Shown: positions 10,467 to 18,567 of the stretch, in pieces
Numbering within the stretch: the stretch's first letter is position 1
Layout of the letters: the number at the start of each line of letters is the position of its first letter
Origin: a virus
Taxonomy: Duplodnaviria; Caudoviricetes
DNA length: 64,000 bases
Virus record (IMG/VR): IMGVR_UViG_3300044645_001661
Reading direction: 5' to 3' (one strand)
Notes under the pieces: model-generated
What the model was told of the DNA's origin: nothing
The model's input: the letters and a program-made list of their open reading frames with translations, nothing else
The model's database searches: none
Translations under genes and position numbers: made by a program

Positions 10467-11582
10467 ATGACTCTCTCCTCTGACTACATCCGCACTTCCC
10501 TTCAAAACCTCTATGGTAATAACATCACTAGTGCTGATGTTCGTGCCTGGTGTAGTATGAATGGTTCAAACTATCAAACCGTAAGTAATAAAATCTATCA
10601 ATACAAAACTGGACATGGCAAATGGAATCTTGAAGTGACTCAACAAAAAGTAGAAGAAATCGAACGCACTTTTCAAGCACCTGCCGTGGTCCCTCCTGTA
10701 GAACAAAATCTTATCCCAGAAAAAGATGATACCTTCGTCAAGTTTGGTAACTTTAACGATATTAAACGCATTATTCAGTCCCGTCTCTTTTATCCTACGT
10801 TCATTACGGGTCTTTCGGGTAATGGTAAAACGTTTTCTATTGAACAAGCGTGTGCTCAATTGGGTCGTGAATTGATTCGTGTCAACATTACGATTGAGAC
10901 TGACGAAGATGATTTGATTGGTGGATTTCGTCTTGTTGATGGTAGTACTGCTTGGCACAACGGACCTGTGATTGAAGCACTTGAGCGTGGTGCTGTTCTG
11001 CTGCTGGATGAGATCGATCTTGCTTCTAACAAGATTCTGTGCCTCCAATCTATTCTTGAAGGTAAAGGTGTATTCCTTAAGAAGATTGGTCGTTGGGTAA
11101 AACCTGCTTCTGGTTTTAATGTTTTTGCTACTGCTAACACTAAAGGCAAAGGTAGTGATGATGGTCGTTTTATCGGAACCAACGTTCTTAATGAGGCATT
11201 CCTCGAACGATTCCCTGTAACTTTTGAACAGTCCTATCCTTCTCCCGCGACTGAGCAGAAGATCCTTGAAGGTATCGCTCTCGATCTTGGTGTGGAAGAC
11301 CGCGACTTCTGTAAGCGTCTGGTTGACTGGGCAGACATCATTCGCAAGACCTTCTTTGATGGTGGTATTGAGGAAATTATCAGCACCCGTCGTCTGGTTC
11401 ACATCATTCGTGCCTACAGCATCTTCCAAGATAAAGCAAAGGCAATCCAAGTTTGTGTGAACCGCTTTGATGATGAAACCAAGCAAGCATTCCTTGAACT
11501 TTATGATAAAGTGGATGCTGATTTCAAGATGCCTGAGGGTGAGCATGTAACTTACGATCTTGACCAGAAGGCTCCTTTTTGA
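10467..11582 (+). CDS. cobS: CobS-like MoxR AAA+ ATPase
   Basis: GLSGNGKT Walker A, LLLDEID Walker B, ATANTKG, AFLERF. Confidence 0.9.
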   Translation: MTLSSDYIRTSLQNLYGNNITSADVRAWCSMNGSNYQTVSNKIYQYKTGHGKWNLEVTQQKVEEIERTFQAPAVVPPVEQNLIPEKDDTFVKFGNFNDIKRIIQSRLFYPTFITGLSGNGKTFSIEQACAQLGRELIRVNITIETDEDDLIGGFRLVDGSTAWHNGPVIEALERGAVLLLDEIDLASNKILCLQSILEGKGVFLKKIGRWVKPASGFNVFATANTKGKGSDDGRFIGTNVLNEAFLERFPVTFEQSYPSPATEQKILEGIALDLGVEDRDFCKRLVDWADIIRKTFFDGGIEEIISTRRLVHIIRAYSIFQDKAKAIQVCVNRFDDETKQAFLELYDKVDADFKMPEGEHVTYDLDQKAPF

Positions 11583-11588
11583 TATAAT
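11560..11588 (+). promoter_or_regulatory. Sigma70-type promoter
   Basis: TTGACC-17 nt-TATAAT overlapping the cobS 3' end. Confidence 0.7.
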
Positions 11589-11592
11589 TGTG

Positions 11593-11620
11593 GGAGGTAA
11601 ATCTACCTCCTTTTATTTTT
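11593..11620 (+). terminator. Terminator-like hairpin
   Basis: GGAGGT-AAATCT-ACCTCC plus T-rich tail. Confidence 0.7.
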
Positions 11621-11643
11621 TTAAACTTTTACCATGAATTGTT

Positions 11644-12201
11644 ATGTCTGAAATTCCCGACAAAAATAAAAATTTTAATTCTGTCTATAGTGATTTTTTA
11701 ACGACTGGAGAATCTTATATCTCGTCTGATACTATTTCCTTTACTGGATCTGGACTTTATGGTGGGATGAGTGATCAATCGTACTGGGAAAATGATGGAA
11801 TTAGTCTCACTGGTAATCCTTCTACTATTGGTGAAGATCATATTACCTTAAATCCACCAAGTTTTAAGAATCAATCTCAAACACAAACTGAATCTCAAAA
11901 TCATTTTTGGAAATTTGGTGAAGGGAAAACTCTTAAAGCAGTAGAAGATTATATTGTCAGTACGTATAAGGCACATTACGCATCTGATAGTTCTAAAGTT
12001 CAAGTTCTTGATATTATTGATGCCATTGGTGATGGTGTTCCATTCTGTAGAGATAACTTGATTAAATACTCTTCTCGTTTTGGCAAAAAAGATGGAATGT
12101 CTCGTCTTGATGCATTAAAGATTATTCATTACGGAATTCTTCTTTATAATTTTGCTGGATTTAATAATGAAACTTCGAAATCAAACTATGAAACTTTCTG
12201 A
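11644..12201 (+). CDS. Conserved hypothetical protein (DUF3310-like C-terminus)
   Basis: HYAS...IKYSSRFGKKDG...ALKIIHY pattern. Confidence 0.6.
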   Translation: MSEIPDKNKNFNSVYSDFLTTGESYISSDTISFTGSGLYGGMSDQSYWENDGISLTGNPSTIGEDHITLNPPSFKNQSQTQTESQNHFWKFGEGKTLKAVEDYIVSTYKAHYASDSSKVQVLDIIDAIGDGVPFCRDNLIKYSSRFGKKDGMSRLDALKIIHYGILLYNFAGFNNETSKSNYETF

Positions 12202-12853
12202 TAAAACTTTGACTCTACTGAAGAATTTTTCTTCCATCAATCAATCTATTTTGTTTAAGCAGGGTAATTCTCTCCGTACAATTTCTGTAATGAAGAATAT
12301 TTTAGCTGAAGCAACCATAGAGGAAGAATTTACCAAAGACTTTGGTATCTATGATCTGAATCAATTCTTAAATGGGATGAATTTGCATCAAAATGCAGAA
12401 CTTGATTTTCAAAACAATGGATATGTTGTTATTAAAGAAGGAAAATCACGTTCTAAGTATTTCTTTGCAGATCCTAATGTAATTATTACTCCTCCAGAAA
12501 AAGACATTGTTCTTCCTAGCGAAGATGTATCCTTTACGCTTGACACTAAAGAACTTGATAAACTTCTAAAAGCCGCTGCAATTTATCAACTTCAGGATCT
12601 GTCTGTAATCGGTGAAGCAGGAGTTGTCAAATTAGTGGTTCGTGATAAAAAGAACGATACTTCTAATGATTTCTCTGTAATTGTTGGTGAAACTGAAGAT
12701 GAGTTCTCGTTTAATTTTAAAGTAGAGAACATTAAGATTCTTCCTGGTAATTATGAGGTAGTTATTTCACGTAAACTTTTGTCACGATTCAAAAATACTG
12801 GGTTTGATGTGACGTATCATATTGCTCTGGAACCTGATTCTACATTTGGTTAA
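12188..12853 (+). CDS. gp45: Sliding clamp
   Basis: MKLSDKTL.LLKNFSSINQSI, FGIYDLNQFL; ATG at 12188 preferred over the longer ORF start. Confidence 0.95.
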   Translation: MKLSDKTLTLLKNFSSINQSILFKQGNSLRTISVMKNILAEATIEEEFTKDFGIYDLNQFLNGMNLHQNAELDFQNNGYVVIKEGKSRSKYFFADPNVIITPPEKDIVLPSEDVSFTLDTKELDKLLKAAAIYQLQDLSVIGEAGVVKLVVRDKKNDTSNDFSVIVGETEDEFSFNFKVENIKILPGNYEVVISRKLLSRFKNTGFDVTYHIALEPDSTFG

Positions 12854-13365
12854 TGAACATTTTTGTTACTTCTCCCTGGCCTGCTGAGAGTGCTACTTGC
12901 CTTCCTGACAAACACATCGTCAAAATGCCCTTAGAGTGCTGTCAGATGCTCTCTATCGTTGCTTCTGACAAGTGGGGACATGGATACGGCACTCTTCCCA
13001 AGGCAGATGGAACCCCATACAAGACCGAAAAAGGAGCATTCCGTAATCATCCCTGTACTAAATGGGCAATGGAAAGCATTCACAATGCTTACTGGTTAAT
13101 TAAGTGGGGTTTAAATTTATCTGATGAATATTGTTTGAGATATAACAAAACACATTCATGTTATAAAACTCTTGTTGATGCGTACTATTTGTTTCCAAAG
13201 GGTAAAATAACAGAAGTAACACCATTTGCTCGTGCTATGCCAGATGAGTATAAACTTGACACAAGCATTGACACTTTTACTGCTTACAAGATGTATATTT
13301 CGTCCAAACCTTGGGTTGCATCTAATTATCTTCGTATGCCAGAACGCAAACCTGATTGGGTATAA
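12853..13365 (+). CDS. Pyrimidine-dimer DNA glycosylase (DenV)-like protein
   Basis: MNIFVT, DKHIVKMPLECCQMLS, NHPCTKWA, RYNKTHSC. Confidence 0.65.
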   Translation: MNIFVTSPWPAESATCLPDKHIVKMPLECCQMLSIVASDKWGHGYGTLPKADGTPYKTEKGAFRNHPCTKWAMESIHNAYWLIKWGLNLSDEYCLRYNKTHSCYKTLVDAYYLFPKGKITEVTPFARAMPDEYKLDTSIDTFTAYKMYISSKPWVASNYLRMPERKPDWV

Positions 13366-13370
13366 ACATT

Positions 13371-14009
13371 ATGGGTAAAAGATCACCTAATGCACAAAGA
13401 TTAACTCCTTGTATGCCTCCATTATTGGAAGAAGAAACTAAACCATTATCTAGAAAAATTGGAGATACTAATTTTGGAGGATCTTCGTGTGAAAATATTG
13501 TAAAATCATATTTTCTTTCCAAACAAATTAATATTGCAGAACCACATGTTGATAATGGTGTAGATCTACTCATAGAAAAACCAGGAGAAGGTTGGGTTAG
13601 AAGTCAAGTTAAAAAAGTTGTTTATCAATTCAAACTTGACTATAATCACAAAAAAAATTTTAATAAAGAAATTTATAGGAGTAGATTTAGATTTAGTTTT
13701 CAGGGGGGATGTTCTTCTATGAGAAAACAGAGGACACCTAAAGAAATTGATTATTTTCATCATGTTCTTCTAACACCATATAGACAATTAATTTGGGAGA
13801 CCCCATCATCTTTAATTCCTTTAAGAAAAGATGGATCATTCATTAGTGGAAAGGATCCAGTTATTGATAGAGATAATTGGAAAAGATTAAAATCAGATAT
13901 TGATTTTAATCAAATGCTATTGTATAGTAAATATGACCCTATCATCTTTAAAACTTATCCAGAGTTTTTCTTAAAAGATGAACAAATTACAATTGATAAC
14001 TTTTTTTAA
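13371..14009 (+). CDS. Putative PD-(D/E)xK endonuclease
   Basis: AEPHVDNGVDLLIEK...RSQVKK resembles the PD..D..(Q/E)xK core. Confidence 0.55.
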   Translation: MGKRSPNAQRLTPCMPPLLEEETKPLSRKIGDTNFGGSSCENIVKSYFLSKQINIAEPHVDNGVDLLIEKPGEGWVRSQVKKVVYQFKLDYNHKKNFNKEIYRSRFRFSFQGGCSSMRKQRTPKEIDYFHHVLLTPYRQLIWETPSSLIPLRKDGSFISGKDPVIDRDNWKRLKSDIDFNQMLLYSKYDPIIFKTYPEFFLKDEQITIDNFF

Positions 14010-14011
14010 TT

Positions 14012-14956
14012 ATGGCAAGTGAATTTCTTTTTGTAGAGAAATACCGTCCTCAAGTGATTGAGGATTGTATTCTTCCTGATGATACTAAAAAAACATTTAA
14101 GGAGTTTGTAGAGAAAGGAGAGATTCCGAATCTTCTTCTTGCAGGACCTCCTGGTATTGGTAAAACTACCATTGCAAAAGCATTGTGTAACGAACTGGGA
14201 GCAGACTATTATGTTATCAACGGATCCGACGAAGGGCGTTTCCTGGATACTGTACGGAACCAAGCAAAGAACTTCGCTTCGACCGTCTCACTTACGGGAT
14301 CTTCTAAACACAAAGTCATCATCATCGATGAAGCTGATAACACAGGGAACGACGTACAACTCTTACTACGGGCGAATATTGAGGCATTTTATAACAACTG
14401 TCGATTCATCTTCACCTGTAATTACAAAAACAAAATTATTGAACCTCTTCATTCCCGTTGTGCAGTCATTGACTTTACAATCAAAGGAAAGCAACGAGTA
14501 CAACTTGCAGGGAATTTCTTTCAAAGGTTACAATTTATCCTCGATCAAGAAAAGATTGAGTACGATCAAAAAGTCGTTGCGGAACTCGTATCAAAACACT
14601 TTCCCGATTTTCGACGTGTTTTAAACGAAATCCAGAGGTATTCTACTAGTGGTAAAATTGATTCTGGAATTCTTGCATCTTTCTCTGACATCTCTGTAAA
14701 TGAACTTATCAAGAATCTTAAGGAAAAGAATTTTACCGAAGTACGCAAGTGGGTGGTCTCCAACTTGGATAACGATTCCTCTAGTTTACTTCGCAGGGTT
14801 TATGACGCCTGTTATGATTGCCTTTCATCCCAATCTATCCCTGCTGCCGTTCTTATTATTGCTAAGTATCAATACCAATGTGCGTTCGTTGCTGATCAGG
14901 AAATTAACCTCTTAGCAGCACTAACTGAAATTATGTGTGAATGTGAATTTAAATAG
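14012..14956 (+). CDS. gp44: Clamp loader large subunit
   Basis: LFVEKYRP, GPPGIGKTT, IIIDEAD, SRC. Confidence 0.97.
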   Translation: MASEFLFVEKYRPQVIEDCILPDDTKKTFKEFVEKGEIPNLLLAGPPGIGKTTIAKALCNELGADYYVINGSDEGRFLDTVRNQAKNFASTVSLTGSSKHKVIIIDEADNTGNDVQLLLRANIEAFYNNCRFIFTCNYKNKIIEPLHSRCAVIDFTIKGKQRVQLAGNFFQRLQFILDQEKIEYDQKVVAELVSKHFPDFRRVLNEIQRYSTSGKIDSGILASFSDISVNELIKNLKEKNFTEVRKWVVSNLDNDSSSLLRRVYDACYDCLSSQSIPAAVLIIAKYQYQCAFVADQEINLLAALTEIMCECEFK

Positions 14957-14968
14957 GAGAAAATTAAA

Positions 14969-15256
14969 ATGAATGTAAAACTTATTCGTATGTCTTCTGG
15001 TGAAGATATTATTTGTGACCTGATTGAAGAATCCGATAGTGAAATTTCAATTTGTGATCCTATTGTTGCTGTTCCAGCAGGAAATGGTCAAATTGGATTT
15101 GCTCCATGGTCACCTTTAATTGATAAAAATGTAAAAAAATTAAATATCAATAAAAAATTTGTTGTTTATATTACAGAAACAACTGATAGAATGGTCCAGG
15201 AGTATACTTCCATGTTCAGTAATATTATTACTCCCAGTAAACAATTGCAACTTTGA
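14969..15256 (+). CDS. Conserved hypothetical protein
   Basis: 95-aa ORF with GGAG RBS. Confidence 0.7.
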   Translation: MNVKLIRMSSGEDIICDLIEESDSEISICDPIVAVPAGNGQIGFAPWSPLIDKNVKKLNINKKFVVYITETTDRMVQEYTSMFSNIITPSKQLQL

Positions 15257-16101
15257 TGAAATCTCTTAAAACTCCCCTTCGCTATCCTGGTGGCAAGTCT
15301 CGTGCTTGTGAAAAGATGGGACCTTACTTCCCAGACCTACGAAACTATGATGAGTTTCGTGAACCATTTATTGGTGGTGGAAGTGTTGCAATCTATATCA
15401 CTAAAAAGTATCCTAGTTTAGATATTTGGGTGAATGATCTTTATGAACCCCTTGTAAACTTCTGGCAACAACTCCAGATGTTTGGAAATGACCTGAAGAA
15501 TGAATTGGTTGACTGTAAAGTTGCTTACAATACTCCTGAACTTGCGAGAGAACTTTTTCTCAAATCAAAGGAACATGTAAATGAAAAAGCGATATCAAGT
15601 CTTGATCGTGCTGTTGCTTTCTATATTGTCAATAAATGTTCATTCTCTGGTCTCACAGAAAGTTCGTCATTTTCTGCTCAAGCATCACAAAGCAATTTTT
15701 CATTGCGAGGAATTGAGAAACTGCCAGAATATTCAAAACTAATTTCCAAGTGGCGTATAACTAATTACTCTTATGATTATCTGATGGATGGAAACAAAGG
15801 TGCTTTTATGTATCTCGATCCTCCTTATGATATTAAGGATAATCTCTATGGGAACAAAGGATCAATGCACAAAGGATTTGATCACGATCTTTTTGCTATT
15901 GATTGCAATTCTAATACTAATATGGATATGTTGGTAAGTTATAATACGGACCAACTCGTAAAGGATCGTTTTAAGAACTGGAATGCTGCTGAGTTTGATC
16001 TGACTTATACAATGCGTTCTGTAGGTGAATATATGCGTGAGCAAAAACAACGTAAAGAATTATTATTGATGAATTATGAAATGCCAAGTAACATTGTATA
16101 A
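15253..16101 (+). CDS. dam: DNA adenine methyltransferase (D12 class)
   Basis: YPGGKS, EPFIGGGS, YLDPPY. Confidence 0.93.
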   Translation: MMKSLKTPLRYPGGKSRACEKMGPYFPDLRNYDEFREPFIGGGSVAIYITKKYPSLDIWVNDLYEPLVNFWQQLQMFGNDLKNELVDCKVAYNTPELARELFLKSKEHVNEKAISSLDRAVAFYIVNKCSFSGLTESSSFSAQASQSNFSLRGIEKLPEYSKLISKWRITNYSYDYLMDGNKGAFMYLDPPYDIKDNLYGNKGSMHKGFDHDLFAIDCNSNTNMDMLVSYNTDQLVKDRFKNWNAAEFDLTYTMRSVGEYMREQKQRKELLLMNYEMPSNIV

Positions 16102-16219
16102 AGCAGGAACTGTTTTTAAAGAAGAAGTTATTGCTAAAGATTATCAAGATGCCAGACAAGTTGCACTTGCACGTAATCCAAATGCTAAAGTTATAGGCGT
16201 TACCGCTGTATTCAAATGA
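16076..16219 (+). CDS. Small hypothetical protein (47 aa, MKCQVTLYKAG...)
   Basis: Read manually; below ORF-track cutoff; stop overlaps gp62 start (ATGA). Confidence 0.65.
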   Translation: MKCQVTLYKAGTVFKEEVIAKDYQDARQVALARNPNAKVIGVTAVFK

Positions 16220-16602
16220 ATTATGAACTTAAAGATTGGTTAAACTCTATTAATCAAACTAAAATTAATTTGATGGATGAAAATCCAGAATCAGTAAGAG
16301 AATATGCACCTTATATTATTAATAAGTGTTTTTCTGGACATATTGATTCTATTTTATTTGCAAATGAAATGAATAAGTTACATCATCTTGATAAAGATAT
16401 GCAATATTCATTTTATATAAATACTCTGAGGAAGCGAAAGAGATTTTCTCCTTGGCTCCGAAAGGATAAGGTCAAAGATTTAGAATGTGTTAAACGTTAC
16501 TATGGTTATAGTAATGAAAAAGCATCCCAGGCTTTGAATATTTTATCAAAATCACAACTCGATTTTATTAAACAACGACTTGATATTGGCGGAACAAAAT
16601 GA
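16216..16602 (+). CDS. gp62: Clamp loader small subunit
   Basis: YAPYIINKCFS, ANEMN, RKRKRFSPW. Confidence 0.92.
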   Translation: MNYELKDWLNSINQTKINLMDENPESVREYAPYIINKCFSGHIDSILFANEMNKLHHLDKDMQYSFYINTLRKRKRFSPWLRKDKVKDLECVKRYYGYSNEKASQALNILSKSQLDFIKQRLDIGGTK

Positions 16603-17039
16603 CTACTCAAACTATCGAACCCCAAGTAAATTGGACACCTGATATGATGGTGGAAGTTATTCTTAATGAACCTGATGATTTTCTGAAAGTTCGTGAGACT
16701 TTAACCCGTATCGGAGTGGCATCTAGAAAGGAGAAAAAACTCTATCAAAGTTGCCATATTTTGCATAAGCAAGGTAGATATTATATTACTCACTTTAAAG
16801 AACTGTTTGCACTTGATGGTAAACATGCAAATCTTACTGTAAATGATGTTCAGCGTCGTAATCGTATCGCTCGATTACTCTCTGATTGGGGATTGATTAC
16901 CATTGTTAATGCGGATTCAATCCTAGATATTGCACCTCTCAATCAAATTAAAGTTCTTTCATACAAAGATAAAGGTGATTGGATTTTAGAGCAAAAGTAT
17001 AATATTGGATCTAAAAAAGGTAAAACTCAGGAAGATTGA
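16599..17039 (+). CDS. regA: Translational repressor RegA
   Basis: DDFLKVRETLTRIGVAS, LYQSCHILHKQG, HFKELF. Confidence 0.97.
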   Translation: MTTQTIEPQVNWTPDMMVEVILNEPDDFLKVRETLTRIGVASRKEKKLYQSCHILHKQGRYYITHFKELFALDGKHANLTVNDVQRRNRIARLLSDWGLITIVNADSILDIAPLNQIKVLSYKDKGDWILEQKYNIGSKKGKTQED

Positions 17040-17069
17040 TACATATTTTAAGAGTTCGGAATATACCTA

Positions 17070-17105
17070 AAATCGGTTCGGTTTTACACCGTTCCGATTT
17101 TTTTT
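17070..17105 (+). terminator. Terminator after regA
   Basis: AATCGG-TT-CGGT...ACCG-TT-CCGATT plus T run. Confidence 0.7.
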
Positions 17106-17181
17106 ATTTTTGATATATAATAATTGAGGATGCCATAATGGGTCCACAAAACACAAACTCGCTTTAAAAGGAGCTACTATA

Positions 17182-17622
17182 ATGACCAACCTTGCAACAT
17201 CTAGGTTTACACATGCGGATCTTCCTGCCTTGATGGATAGGATTACTCGCAACAGTATTGGAATGGACGAATATTTTGATCGTCTATTTCATTTACATGA
17301 AACGACTTCTAACTATCCTCCATACAATTTAGTTCAAGTCAGTAATGTGGAATCAAGATTAGAACTTGCACTTGCAGGATTTAAAAAGAAAGAGGTTTAT
17401 GTCTATACACAAGATGGGAAACTTTTTGTTGAAGGACAAAAAGAAGATAAAGAATCCAATACCAACTACGTCCATAAGGGACTGGCTCAACGATCTTTCA
17501 AAAGAGCGTGGACAATGGCGGATGATACAGAAGTTGCAGATGTATCATTTGAAGATGGACTCCTCTCTATCAATCTGAGAAAGATTATTCCAGATCATCA
17601 CAAACGTAAAGATTATCTCTAA
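17182..17622 (+). CDS. hsp20: Small heat shock protein
   Basis: NYPPYNL, LALAGF, HKGLAQRSF, FEDGLL. Confidence 0.95.
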   Translation: MTNLATSRFTHADLPALMDRITRNSIGMDEYFDRLFHLHETTSNYPPYNLVQVSNVESRLELALAGFKKKEVYVYTQDGKLFVEGQKEDKESNTNYVHKGLAQRSFKRAWTMADDTEVADVSFEDGLLSINLRKIIPDHHKRKDYL

Positions 17623-17648
17623 ATAATTAAAATTGTTTAGAGATGTAA

Positions 17649-17828
17649 ATGAAAACCTTTCAGCAATTTATTGCAGAGATTAAAACTATAAGTTTTAAAA
17701 TGGCAAAACCTCATAAAATTTATAATAAGGGTAGAGTGACTAATGTTGGTGCTGGTAGGGCAGTTCCAAAAAGATCTGCATCTAGTGCTGGAGGTGATGG
17801 TGGAGATGGTGGTGGTGATGGTGAATAA
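17649..17828 (+). CDS. Small basic protein with Gly-rich tail (59 aa, MKTFQQFIAE...)
   Basis: Read manually; preceded by late-promoter-like CTAAATA. Confidence 0.6.
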   Translation: MKTFQQFIAEIKTISFKMAKPHKIYNKGRVTNVGAGRAVPKRSASSAGGDGGDGGGDGE

Positions 17829-17864
17829 ATAGAATTGGCTACCCCAAATATCGTCGGTGCTATC

Positions 17865-17903
17865 AAAGGGAGTTCTGGCAAAATCCAGATTGACTCCCTT
17901 TTT
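17865..17903 (+). terminator. Terminator
   Basis: AAAGGGAGT...ACTCCCTTT plus T run. Confidence 0.75.
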
Positions 17904-17947
17904 ATTTGTGCTATAATTTTAGTAAAAAGTTTTATTTAAAAATAATT

Positions 17948-18301
17948 ATGTCTATTAAATTGGCAGTAGTAAAAACAGGTGAACAGATTATTGCAAAAGT
18001 TGAAGAAATGATCCTTGACAATAGAGTAGTTGGATATTTCTTAGTAAAACCATGTGTAGTAAAAATTACAGAATTAAACCTTAATAAAGAAACTGGTGGG
18101 GCATCATTTGATATTAAACTTTCCCCGTGGATACCTTTAGGTAAAGGAATTAGATTTCCAGTTCCAACTGACTGGATAGTTACTCTTTCTGAACCAGTAG
18201 ATGAACTTAAATTGATGTATCAAACTGATATTTTAAGAACTACTGAAGAAGTCGAAGAACAAAATATAGTTTTAAAAGATAATTGTGAGGAGTGTCAATA
18301 A
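17948..18301 (+). CDS. Conserved hypothetical protein
   Basis: ORF from ATG 17948. Confidence 0.65.
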   Translation: MSIKLAVVKTGEQIIAKVEEMILDNRVVGYFLVKPCVVKITELNLNKETGGASFDIKLSPWIPLGKGIRFPVPTDWIVTLSEPVDELKLMYQTDILRTTEEVEEQNIVLKDNCEECQ

Positions 18302-18567
18302 TGATTAAGTTATTAGTATTTTTAGATAATACTGTTTTAATATCAAAAATTGAGGAATCTCCATCTGAACTTGGAGAACCAGATTGTAAACTAAGTAATC
18401 CATTTGAAGTTAAAAAACCTCAAATTGATGGAATGGCACCAACTTTAGAATCTTGGTTAAGTGGGTATACTAAACAAAATGAATTTATGATTCACTCGGA
18501 TAAAATCTTGACTATTGCCGATCCCACTGCTAGACTGATCGAACTATACGAAGAATTGACGAAATAA
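18301..18567 (+). CDS. Conserved hypothetical protein
   Basis: TAATG-coupled ORF directly upstream of gp43. Confidence 0.65.
   Translation: MIKLLVFLDNTVLISKIEESPSELGEPDCKLSNPFEVKKPQIDGMAPTLESWLSGYTKQNEFMIHSDKILTIADPTARLIELYEELTK

Noticed and set aside
10566-11546. 326-aa minus-strand ORF
   Set aside because: Antisense shadow of cobS with no motifs; typical of biased codon usage. The same applies to the other short minus-strand ORFs overlapping core genes.
17790-17825. GGTGAT/GGTGGT short tandem repeat
   Set aside because: It encodes the Gly/Asp tail of the 59-aa ORF; not a separate repeat element.
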